NCBI GenBank assembly: GCA_028715175.1
Contig: JAQUSJ010000003.1
Location: forward strand, 1-54,971
DNA length: 54,971 nucleotides
Reading direction: 5' to 3'
Source: Candidatus Daviesbacteria bacterium
Lineage (GTDB): Bacteria > Patescibacteriota > Microgenomatia > Daviesbacterales > UBA10151
Below the pieces are notes generated by a model. The model ran no database searches. It saw only the letters and a list, made by a program, of their open reading frames with translations, and was not told where the DNA came from. Numbering within the stretch: position 1 is the stretch's first letter; each line of letters begins with the position of its first letter. Shown one piece after another: positions 26,138 to 34,956 of this stretch. The translations under genes and the position numbers were made by a program.

Positions 26138-26683
26138 ATGATTAATAAATTAGCAGCAGGAGCAATTGGCGTGGCACTGCTTTTAAGTTCAGCAATTCCA
26201 ACTTTTGCCAGCGGTTTTGATAATTTGACGTTGGTAAAAAATAAGGCATGGCTTAAAAACATTGTCGTTACCAAAGCAAATGTCGGGGAGAACTCGATTA
26301 TGGCTAACGAGGATGTCGAGGGTGGGAGTATTTTAACCGGAGCGGCATCTGCAGCAGCTTTAGTAGACAACATGCTTAACACAAACGAGCTTAGTTGTGG
26401 CTGTCCAACTGAGGATAACAATGAGTGTTGTCCGGATGAGTGTGGTTGTGAGGATGAATGCGGTTGCCAGGACGAGAACAATAATGGTTCAGGTCTGATA
26501 ATCAAGAATCTGGCCGAAGTCAAAAACATTATCATTGCCAAAGCAAACACCGGAGATAACTTGATTTGGGCTGAAGACGAGGTAGGAGGGGGTAGTATTA
26601 ACACTGGAGCAGCGGATGCTGCTGCAGTAATAACCAATGTGGTTAATACCAACATGATTGGTGTTGGTACCACAAGTCCGTAA
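26138..26683 (+). CDS. Secreted protein: two copies of an N/TG-rich repeat flanking a Cys/acidic cluster
   Basis: A strong SD (GGAAGGAGGTGA) lies upstream. There is a signal peptide ending TFASG. The repeats end ILTGAASAAALVDNMLNTN and INTGAADAAAVITNVVNTN. The central segment is CGCPTEDNNECCPDECGCEDECGCQDEN. Confidence 0.7.
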   Translation: MINKLAAGAIGVALLLSSAIPTFASGFDNLTLVKNKAWLKNIVVTKANVGENSIMANEDVEGGSILTGAASAAALVDNMLNTNELSCGCPTEDNNECCPDECGCEDECGCQDENNNGSGLIIKNLAEVKNIIIAKANTGDNLIWAEDEVGGGSINTGAADAAAVITNVVNTNMIGVGTTSP

Positions 26684-26764
26684 ACTTTTGTCTTCAAGAG
26701 AGGGGTTTTAAAACCCCTCTCTTGGGACAGAGAATGCAGAGATTTAGTTAGTGAGGTAGTCAAG

Positions 26765-28969
26765 ATGAATAAAAAAAATTTAATTATTATTTTAAGAAAA
26801 AGTTTAATCTTTACGCTGTTATTGTTTCTTTGTTTTAGTAACTTTTATCAACAAGTCTATGCAGAGGATTTTTCTAATTCCACTAATTCTGCAGAATTAG
26901 CAGTAGAACCAGCGGTCACTGCGACTGACCAGGGATCTTCTGAGACCAGTGTTGATAATAATACTACTTTAGAAAATAGCATTGATCAGACAGCAGATAC
27001 AGGTAATAATACGATAAATCCCACTCCTGAGCCTACTCTTGAGCCTACTCCTCAGGCTGCTGAGTTAGCCGGTTCAACCCCGGAGCCAAGTTCTTCCTCC
27101 GAGCCTTTGGATTCTACTGAAACCGAACCGCCAGCCGATGTAACAAACAGCGCAGAAGTAGAAAATAATGTTTCAACTTCTGCTGAAACAGGCCAAAATA
27201 GTATTCTGGCTTCAGAAGACTCGCAAGCTCCAGAAGAAGCCACTCATGCTGCGCAAATCAATACCGGAGATGCTATTTCCGTAGTGGAGGCGGAAAATAA
27301 TGTCAATTCAACCGAGGTAAACTCTACTGCCATAAACCAAACCTTAAATATCTTTGTATCGGAAGATGTAAATTTGGCAGTTTTACCGTATATAATCGCC
27401 GAAGCAGTCTTTGCCCAAAATACTCAACATGATCAAGTGATTAATGTGGGCGTATTTAATGGCAACAATTATGCCTATTTATCCAATGATATTGTTTCAC
27501 TGGCTAGTAGCGGAGCAAATTCAGTTTCTGGCACAGAACAGGCCACCATTAAAACCGGTGATGCTTACTCTGTGGTGTCACTGGTTAATAAAGTCAATAC
27601 CACCTTTGTGGATTCGGTCATTCATATTGTGACCATTAATATTTTTGGCACTGTTAATGGCAATATAATTCTGCCGGAGTTTACTTTAGAGAAAGGGAAA
27701 GATGGTCAAATTAGTTACGTCGAAAATGTGGCTTTAGTAGAAAATAATGTTTCCTCAGAGGCAACCAGCGGCCAGAATCAGATTATCTCAGCAGAAGGAG
27801 GCACCATCACCACCGGTGATAGCCAAAGTGTGGTTAATGTAGTAAATTTTGTCAATGCCAATATTATTGGCGCGCTCTTTCACTATCTTTTTATAAACAA
27901 CTTCGGCCTTTGGAATGGTGATTTCCTGGGTTGGGATGGAATTGCGCAGTCAGAAGGAGGTGGTAATTTCCAATTGAGTTCGGTACAGGTGGGGCAGGAT
28001 TGCCAAACTACTTGTTATAGTGATATTAATTTATCAAACCAAGCTTACGTTATGAATAATATTTTCTCTACTGCCAACAGCGGAGGAAATTATATTGGAG
28101 GGGAGTGGGGCTCTATTACCACCGGTAACTCTTATAGCGCTATTTCTCTTTTGAATTTTATTAACACCAATATTATCCGTTCCATCGGCTTTTTCGGATT
28201 TATCAATATTTTTGGAATCTGGAATGGAGATATTGGCGGGAGCAGCGAATTTGCCGACAATCAGGAAACTTCTCTACCAGATCAAATCAGCGCTCAAGAG
28301 GGTAATAGCTCAGATGAAAATAAAGATAGCAGCGAACAAATCCAGCAATCAGGTGGTTTACTCGAGGTTGAGGCCAAAAATGATGCCGGAACATATTATC
28401 CAGGAGACACAATTACTTTCTTTGTTAAAGTCCAAAATCCTGGGACAGGAAAAGTTTACAACACCAAGACCCAAATTATGCTGATAAAAGACGGAGTTGA
28501 GATGGGAGGAGCTCTTTTTGAGATGGGAGATATTGAGGCAGGCAGAGGCATAATGCTAACAACCGGACTGGTGTTATCCAGTAATGCTCCGGCAGGAGTA
28601 TATACTGCCAGAGTAATGGTCTTAGGCTATGTTGGCCCGGATAACAAACAAATTTCCAATTATAAAGATCTTACTTTTGTAATAGCTCAACCAGTTATTT
28701 TATCTCAGTTTTCCACAGATGTGATGGGATTTGTACAACAGGTAAATGGGGCAGAAGATTTAGCCGGGCCAGCAGCTCAGGCAGGAGGAGGTATACAGGA
28801 TATGATGAAATTACTTTTATTTGCTTCTCTTCTATCCTATGCTTCGATTAGAAGTGTTAGAGAAAGAAAAAAACTGACTTTAGCTTTTTCCCAGAGTAAA
28901 ACATTTCTAGCTAAAAAGTCAGCGGCGCTTGGGTCATTTTTCTTCAGTCATTTCCCGCCTTTCTTTTAG
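26765..28969 (+). CDS. Large secreted/anchored repeat protein of the same repeat family, with a C-terminal TM anchor
   Basis: Signal peptide. Four modules of the type I(N/K/T)TGD(A/S)xSVVxxxNxVN...INxFGxWNGD. A PT-rich linker. An Ig-like segment GDTITFFVKVQNPGTG...AGVYTARV. A C-terminal hydrophobic segment. Confidence 0.7.
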   Translation: MNKKNLIIILRKSLIFTLLLFLCFSNFYQQVYAEDFSNSTNSAELAVEPAVTATDQGSSETSVDNNTTLENSIDQTADTGNNTINPTPEPTLEPTPQAAELAGSTPEPSSSSEPLDSTETEPPADVTNSAEVENNVSTSAETGQNSILASEDSQAPEEATHAAQINTGDAISVVEAENNVNSTEVNSTAINQTLNIFVSEDVNLAVLPYIIAEAVFAQNTQHDQVINVGVFNGNNYAYLSNDIVSLASSGANSVSGTEQATIKTGDAYSVVSLVNKVNTTFVDSVIHIVTINIFGTVNGNIILPEFTLEKGKDGQISYVENVALVENNVSSEATSGQNQIISAEGGTITTGDSQSVVNVVNFVNANIIGALFHYLFINNFGLWNGDFLGWDGIAQSEGGGNFQLSSVQVGQDCQTTCYSDINLSNQAYVMNNIFSTANSGGNYIGGEWGSITTGNSYSAISLLNFINTNIIRSIGFFGFINIFGIWNGDIGGSSEFADNQETSLPDQISAQEGNSSDENKDSSEQIQQSGGLLEVEAKNDAGTYYPGDTITFFVKVQNPGTGKVYNTKTQIMLIKDGVEMGGALFEMGDIEAGRGIMLTTGLVLSSNAPAGVYTARVMVLGYVGPDNKQISNYKDLTFVIAQPVILSQFSTDVMGFVQQVNGAEDLAGPAAQAGGGIQDMMKLLLFASLLSYASIRSVRERKKLTLAFSQSKTFLAKKSAALGSFFFSHFPPFF

Positions 28970-28988
28970 AAATGTTAGAATAAGGTGA

Positions 28989-30224
28989 ATGAAAGCGGCC
29001 CTTGTTCATGATTATTTAAAAGAATATGGCGGGGCAGAAAGAGTCCTGGAGGTTTTACATGAGATTTTCCCGGATGCTCCTGTTTATACTGCCTATTACA
29101 ATCCTGAAAGCCTGGGAGAAAACGGTAAAAGATTTAATCCGCCAGCTGGCGGATGGGATATCAGGACTTCCTGGTTTCAAAAATTCCCTTTTGCCAACCG
29201 GTTACTTTCCCCATTCCGCATATTTGGGCCAATGATGTTTGAAAGTTTTGATCTTTCAGAATATGATTTGGTGATTTCTTCCTCATCAGCTACTCATTTG
29301 GCCAAAGCAGTGATTACCAAACCGGAGACTTTGCATATAAGTTACATTCACACACCACCCAGGTTTTTATATGGTTATGTCACCTCTTTTAACTACAAAA
29401 AACACTGGTGGACCAGAATTGGGGGAGAAATAATAAATCACTTTATGAGGATCTATGATTTTGAAGTTTCCCAGAGGCCGGATATTTTGGTAGCTAATTC
29501 CAGGAATGTCCAGGCCAGAATAAAGAAATTTTATCGCAGAGACAGTGTGGTTATTTACCCGCCGGTAGATGTAGCAGCGATCAGTCGTCAGTCGTCAGTC
29601 GTCAGACAATCTGAAAGCAGAAAGCTGAAGGCTGATAGCTATTATCTCGTTTTAAGTAGATTAGTAAGAGGAAAGGGAGTGGAGGTAGTGGTAGAGGCTT
29701 GTGGCAAATTAGGATTACCGCTAAAGGTAGCTGGTACAGGCCCTGAATTGAATAATCTTAAAGATCTTGCTACCAACTACCCGCTTCGCAGTGAGGCGAG
29801 CCAGCTACCAGCTACCAATTTTCTAGGTTGGGTGACAGATGAAGAAAGGGTGAAGCTATTATCAAATGCCAAAGCTTTGATTGTGGCATCAGAAGATGAG
29901 GATTTTGGTATTACTTCAATTGAGGCTCAAGCTGTAGGGACTCCGGTGATCGCTCCTGCCTCCGGAGGTTTCTTGGAAACAGTAATTGATGGCCCGCCTA
30001 CGCATAAAACTTCGGCAGGGCAAGGTAAAACCGGTATTTTGTATGGCGGAGCGGGAATGGTCAATGTTGAGAATTTAGTCGGGGCATTGCAAAAATTTGA
30101 TGCTTCTAAATTTGATCCAGAGGACTGTCGCATGAATGCTGAAAGATTCTCTAAAGAAAGATTTAAAAAAGAAATTTTGGAATTGGTAGAAAAGAATTTG
30201 ACAATAGCGGGTAGTATAGGATAG
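28989..30224 (+). CDS. Glycosyltransferase family 4 (GT-B)
   Basis: EDEDFGITSIEAQAVGTPVIA is the E-x7-E motif. It contains three repeat-derived inserts. Confidence 0.8.
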   Translation: MKAALVHDYLKEYGGAERVLEVLHEIFPDAPVYTAYYNPESLGENGKRFNPPAGGWDIRTSWFQKFPFANRLLSPFRIFGPMMFESFDLSEYDLVISSSSATHLAKAVITKPETLHISYIHTPPRFLYGYVTSFNYKKHWWTRIGGEIINHFMRIYDFEVSQRPDILVANSRNVQARIKKFYRRDSVVIYPPVDVAAISRQSSVVRQSESRKLKADSYYLVLSRLVRGKGVEVVVEACGKLGLPLKVAGTGPELNNLKDLATNYPLRSEASQLPATNFLGWVTDEERVKLLSNAKALIVASEDEDFGITSIEAQAVGTPVIAPASGGFLETVIDGPPTHKTSAGQGKTGILYGGAGMVNVENLVGALQKFDASKFDPEDCRMNAERFSKERFKKEILELVEKNLTIAGSIG

Positions 30225-30241
30225 TTTTAGATATACTCTTT

Positions 30242-31255
30242 ATGGTCAAGGTTAGAGATCATATTACCCGCGCCACGGAACTGACTGCACTTTCTGTTTG
30301 GAGATTGATACAGGAAAAAGGCTTTACTCCCCAAGATATTTTGGATGAAGAAGAAAATATAAAAAGAGAAAAACTGATTGATCAAACAGGAGCAGATGCC
30401 ATGTCTGCTTCTTTAACAGATATACCCTTTATTTTGGAGGTAGTGGGGTCTGAAGGCAGGAAACATGTTCACCAATACGGAGAAGCTCTGGCAGCTTTGG
30501 AGGGAACTTTTGGTTCGCCATCTAGCGAATTAAAGCTAGACATGGTTAATGATGTGGTAGAAGGAAGTAAAGCTGCCAAGCTAAATTCTCCTGGTGCGGT
30601 TTCTGTGATAGCAGTTTCCTCTCACAAGGGTTTAATGCCAACTCCTTCAGATATTGATTATATGGATAAATTGTTTGGTCCGCCACAGCTTCTTGGCAAA
30701 ATCTCAATTGACAGACCAATAGAGGAAAATCTGGCAGAGGTGGTAGATGTGTTTAAAGTGGAGCCCCATGAGATTAATGTGGTGGTAATGGACCGTGACA
30801 GAAATGCCCATTTAATCAATGCTTGCCAAAAATTTGGAGTGAATTTAATTCTGATTAAAGCAGGAGATTTTTTGCCTTCTATTTTATCCTGCATGAATCC
30901 CAAAAAAGATTCCGGACAAGCCAGAACGACCAAGGGGATACATTTAGTTATGGGTATTGGCGGGTTTGAGGAGGGGGTTTTGGCAGCTGTGGCTGCCAAA
31001 GCTTTAGGTGCGGTAGGAGAAGGTAGGGGTTGGTCCGGCGACAGCCGGATTGCCAGAAAATACCAACAAGTCTGGACCACGGATGAGTTGGTGGCTGGTA
31101 AAAAGGAAGACTGTCTGGTATCAGTTTCTTTTATCACCGGAGATAACAAATGGTTTAATCTGCCTGGGGTGGTAGAAAAAGATGGAGGACACCAAGTCAC
31201 CACCTTGACAGTTGATAAAAGTGGTGTGAATATAAATACTAAAATTCACCACTGA
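30242..31255 (+). CDS. glpX: Fructose-1,6-bisphosphatase class II (GlpX-like)
   Basis: TRATELTALSVWR, NDVVEGS (equivalent to DPxDGT), YMDKL and GIGGFEEGVLAAVAAKALG. Divergent from the canonical family. Confidence 0.65.
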   Translation: MVKVRDHITRATELTALSVWRLIQEKGFTPQDILDEEENIKREKLIDQTGADAMSASLTDIPFILEVVGSEGRKHVHQYGEALAALEGTFGSPSSELKLDMVNDVVEGSKAAKLNSPGAVSVIAVSSHKGLMPTPSDIDYMDKLFGPPQLLGKISIDRPIEENLAEVVDVFKVEPHEINVVVMDRDRNAHLINACQKFGVNLILIKAGDFLPSILSCMNPKKDSGQARTTKGIHLVMGIGGFEEGVLAAVAAKALGAVGEGRGWSGDSRIARKYQQVWTTDELVAGKKEDCLVSVSFITGDNKWFNLPGVVEKDGGHQVTTLTVDKSGVNINTKIHH

Positions 31256-31263
31256 GAAAAAAA

Positions 31264-32265
31264 ATGGATATCAATACACTAAAACAAACAGCTTCTGCTA
31301 TGGTTGCCCCGGGAAAGGGGATACTGGCAGCTGATGAATCAAGCAAAACTATCCAAAAAAGGTTTGATAAAATCGGCGTTTCTTCAAATCCGGAAACCAA
31401 TCTATCTTACAGACAGATGCTTTTTACCACTCCCGGGATAGAGGAGTGTATCTCAGGGGTGATTTTATATGATGAAACAATCAGGCAATCAATTGATGGT
31501 GTGAGTGTTCCAAAATATCTGGAAAGCAAAGGAATTATTCCGGGGATAAAAGTGGATAAGGGAGTAAAAGAGATCCCTAATTTTCCTGGAGAAAAAATGA
31601 CTGAAGGGTTGGACGGTTTAAGAGAGCGGTTAACAGAATATAAAAACTTAGGTGCAAGATTTGCCAAATGGAGAGTAGTTTATACAATAGGTAACGGGAT
31701 GCCCTCAGAGGCTTGTATTTTGGCAAATGCCCACTCCTTGGCTTTATATGCCGGCCTTTGCCAGGAGGCTGATTTGGTGCCAATTGTAGAGCCGGAAGTT
31801 TTAATGGATGGGGGGCATGATTTAAAAAGATGCCAAGAAGTGACTGTACAAGTATTAAAAATTGTTTACGAGCAGTTGAAACTTTACAAAGTAGAACTTT
31901 CCGGGACTCTTTTAAAGCCCAATATGGTGATTTCCGGAAAAGAAAGCCCGACTCAGGCAAGTGCAAATGAGATTGCCAAGGTTACCATTGACACATTCAA
32001 AGAAGTGGTACCAAAAGAGGTGCCGGGGATTGTCTTTTTGTCCGGAGGTCAAACACCGGATCAGGCTACAGAAAATTTGGCTGCCATAAATAGAATTGGT
32101 CCGGCATCTGCCGGATGGCAGCTGTCTTTTTCATACGGTAGAGCCTTGCAGGAAGAAGCACTCAAAACTTGGGCAGGAAAATCGGAAAATATAGCAGCTG
32201 CCCAGCAGGTATTCCTGGAAAGAGCTAAAAAGGTCTCCGCAGCCCGTTCAGTAAAACCGACTTAA
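31264..32265 (+). CDS. fba: Fructose-bisphosphate aldolase, class I
   Basis: GKGILAADES, LLKPNMV (Schiff-base Lys region), and LSGGQ. Confidence 0.9.
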   Translation: MDINTLKQTASAMVAPGKGILAADESSKTIQKRFDKIGVSSNPETNLSYRQMLFTTPGIEECISGVILYDETIRQSIDGVSVPKYLESKGIIPGIKVDKGVKEIPNFPGEKMTEGLDGLRERLTEYKNLGARFAKWRVVYTIGNGMPSEACILANAHSLALYAGLCQEADLVPIVEPEVLMDGGHDLKRCQEVTVQVLKIVYEQLKLYKVELSGTLLKPNMVISGKESPTQASANEIAKVTIDTFKEVVPKEVPGIVFLSGGQTPDQATENLAAINRIGPASAGWQLSFSYGRALQEEALKTWAGKSENIAAAQQVFLERAKKVSAARSVKPT

Positions 32266-32421
32266 TCTCTGGTATTTAGCCTCAATTTAATCTACAATAA
32301 TATTTATCATTCTGATCCGGCTTTGCCGGAGAAGAATCTCTTAACTTGTTTAAGGTTCCTTGCATTCGCGTAAGAGGTCCTTCGGTCGTTTCACCCCCTC
32401 AGGACGACAGAAAGAAAAGTT

Positions 32422-33165
32422 ATGGCTAAAAAAGTGTTGGAAGTAAAAAATCTGGTTAAAAGTTTTAATGGCTTTGTGGCCATTGATGATATTTCTTTTT
32501 CTTTGGAAGAAGGGGAGATTCTAGGATTTTTAGGGCCAAACGGTGCTGGAAAATCTACTACTATTTATTGTATTTTGGGTTTGATTGAACCGGATGAAGG
32601 TGAAATCCATATTTTTGGCAAGGATTTTAAGAATCATCGAAGCGAAATTATGACTCAGGTAAATTATGCATCAGCTGAGTTTCATCTGCCTTGGAATTTA
32701 AACTTATGGGAAAATTTGTATGTGTATGCCAACCTTTATGAGGTTCCTGATGCCAAAAAAAGAATCACAGAACTTTTGCAGATTTTTGAGATGACCAACT
32801 GGCGCAATGTTGCTATCCGCGACCTTTCCACAGGGATTAGAGCCAGAGCCAGTCTTTGTAAGGCATTACTGAATAAACCCAAACTTTTGCTTTTGGATGA
32901 ACCAATGGCTTCCATGGATCCTGATGTGGTGGATAAGGGGATAAATTTATTAAAACAAATTCAAAAAGAAGAGAATATTACTATTCTTTATACCTCACAC
33001 AATATGTGGGAGATAGAAGAAATTGCCAACAATGTGATTTTCATAAATCACGGGAAAATTATGGCTCGAGGTACACCCTTGGAACTTACTCAAAACGTGT
33101 TAGATGTAGAAGCAGGGGAGGCTAATTTACGGGATGTATTTATCCATCTATCAAGGACCAAATGA
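32422..33165 (+). CDS. ABC transporter ATP-binding protein
   Basis: Walker A GPNGAGKST, signature-like LSTGIRAR, and Walker B LLLLDEP. Confidence 0.9.
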   Translation: MAKKVLEVKNLVKSFNGFVAIDDISFSLEEGEILGFLGPNGAGKSTTIYCILGLIEPDEGEIHIFGKDFKNHRSEIMTQVNYASAEFHLPWNLNLWENLYVYANLYEVPDAKKRITELLQIFEMTNWRNVAIRDLSTGIRARASLCKALLNKPKLLLLDEPMASMDPDVVDKGINLLKQIQKEENITILYTSHNMWEIEEIANNVIFINHGKIMARGTPLELTQNVLDVEAGEANLRDVFIHLSRTK

Positions 33166-33183
33166 ACTTTAAGAGGGTTAAAG

Positions 33184-33966
33184 ATGAACTTTAATAGAGT
33201 TTTTGCAATAGTTTTAAGGCATATTTTTACCACCATGCATCAACTGGAGAGGTTTTTTGATGTGATTATTTCCCCTGTTTTGGTTTTAATCCTGTGGGGG
33301 TTTTTATCAAAGTATGTGCAAAATATCCAGTCACAACAGTTGGCAGCATTTTTATTGGGAGGAATGATACTTTGGGTTGTTTTTGAAAAAGTCAGTACAG
33401 ATATCGGGGTAAATTTTATGTTTGAAATCTGGGATCGTAATATCATCAACCTTTTGGCCTCGCCAATTACATTTTGGGAATTTTTAACCGGGCTTTTAAC
33501 AATTAGTTTTATTAAAATAATTATTGCTTTAATTTCAATGTGGCTGATGGCGGGAATTTTTTATAACTTCCAAATTACTTCTTTGGGTTTTGGTCTGGCT
33601 TTGCTTTGGATCAATTTATTTATCTTTGCCGTCAGTTTTGGTATTTTTAATGTATCCCTGGTTTTAAGGTACGGCCATTCAATCGGGCCGCTGACTTGGA
33701 TTTTGCCGTTTTTTGTCCAGCCTTTTGCGGCGGTTTTTTATCCTGTTAATATCCTGCCACCCTTCTTTCAAAAAATTGCCTGGGTGATACCTATATCTCA
33801 TGTATTTGAGGGGATGAGGTATACTCTAAAATTTGGCCAGTTTGATTTTAATTCATTTTGGCTGGCAACATTGCTGAATATGGCTTATATGGCTGGCTCA
33901 GTTGCCTTTTTTACTTTTATATTTAAAAAAGTCCTAAAAAGCGGAAGGCTGGTTAAACTGATTTAA
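33184..33966 (+). CDS. ABC-2 type transporter permease
   Basis: Six hydrophobic segments, immediately downstream of the ATPase gene. Confidence 0.7.
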   Translation: MNFNRVFAIVLRHIFTTMHQLERFFDVIISPVLVLILWGFLSKYVQNIQSQQLAAFLLGGMILWVVFEKVSTDIGVNFMFEIWDRNIINLLASPITFWEFLTGLLTISFIKIIIALISMWLMAGIFYNFQITSLGFGLALLWINLFIFAVSFGIFNVSLVLRYGHSIGPLTWILPFFVQPFAAVFYPVNILPPFFQKIAWVIPISHVFEGMRYTLKFGQFDFNSFWLATLLNMAYMAGSVAFFTFIFKKVLKSGRLVKLI

Positions 33967-34546
33967 TAGATACTCTTTTGCCGATTTTGAATTGAGCAAG
34001 TAAGAAAATAATCAAATCAACAATCAGGATATAAAGAGGAAAGCCATAATAGGCAAAAACCCAAGTTTTTATAGTCAATAAGGTCAATAGTGCATAAATA
34101 ACGCCTGTTAAGTATAGCCAGCCATTTTCAGTCTCCGGGTAGTGATAAGTTTTTACAATTGTGGGAAGAGCTGCCAGTCCATCTGCCAAGATAGCAAACA
34201 TGATAGCGATATTTCCTACCTGCGTTATGTACCAGAGCAAAAGACCCACCAGAGAAAGCCCTCCGCATATAAAATCAAAAGGTCGCAGTTTCCACTCTGC
34301 TTTTTTATTTAAAAAAGATGCAAAAAAGATCAGTAAAGGAAAAAATCCTACACTAAAAGTTAGTAGAGACTGAATACCTACCCCTTGTTTTATTTCAGCA
34401 GCAAATGCGATCATTGGTGCCAGAGCCCATAAGAAGAAGGAGACTTTATTTGGTTTGATTCGTCCCTGAATAGTTTCGATCAGATACTTCAAGCTGCCTA
34501 GTGCCTGCAGTACAAACCCCAAAATGACAAAATTTTCATTGATCAT
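33953..34546 (-). CDS. Hypothetical integral membrane protein
   Basis: 197 aa with about six hydrophobic helices. No motif recognised. Confidence 0.45.
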   Translation of the reverse strand: MINENFVILGFVLQALGSLKYLIETIQGRIKPNKVSFFLWALAPMIAFAAEIKQGVGIQSLLTFSVGFFPLLIFFASFLNKKAEWKLRPFDFICGGLSLVGLLLWYITQVGNIAIMFAILADGLAALPTIVKTYHYPETENGWLYLTGVIYALLTLLTIKTWVFAYYGFPLYILIVDLIIFLLAQFKIGKRVSIKSV

Positions 34547-34630
34547 CCTTATTGATCATCCTTTGAGTGTATCAAATAACTGTTGACAAAGAAATCCAAT
34601 TTTCCTTATTCTTAAATTAAGAGAGAAAAG

Positions 34631-34876
34631 ATGGCTTCATTATCAGTAGAAGGCTTATCTGGCGTAGTTGGTAGAGTAGTGGGAACCATGGGTAGTGGTC
34701 TCAATGGAATGTTCCCCGATAAGGAGAGGGATGATTACAATAGAATGATATTCGATGGTAGTGATGATGAGGATGTAGAGAGGTTCCTTAGACGAGTAGC
34801 ACCACCTCCTCTTATAAGTGTTTTAGCTATTCCCTGCCAAAGACTTGTTAGTCGGCTTAGAAGGCATTTTGAATAA
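34631..34876 (+). CDS. Hypothetical small acidic protein (uncertain gene)
   Basis: An 81-aa ORF preceded by TTGACA (34595-34600), a TATTCT-like -10 and a purine-rich stretch. No homology recognised. Confidence 0.3.
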   Translation: MASLSVEGLSGVVGRVVGTMGSGLNGMFPDKERDDYNRMIFDGSDDEDVERFLRRVAPPPLISVLAIPCQRLVSRLRRHFE

Positions 34877-34956
34877 ATAATCTGTGATAAAATTACTCCA
34901 TGCCGGAGCTTCCTGAAGTAGTCCTTCGGCTACGCTCAGGATTATAAAGATATACT

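Noticed and set aside
26697-26724. The hairpin AGAGAGGGGTTTT/AAAACCCCTCTCT after the small secreted-protein gene as an intrinsic terminator.
   Set aside because: The stem is good but no U-tract follows (the next bases are TGGGACAG), and the next gene starts 40 nt later. It is more likely an intra-operon stabiliser or partial attenuator, so it was not listed as a terminator.
26062-26763. A 233-aa minus-strand ORF covering the whole small secreted-protein gene.
   Set aside because: The plus-strand gene has a strong SD, a signal peptide and a repeat family shared with its neighbour. The antisense product is Ser/Leu/Pro-rich low-complexity sequence.
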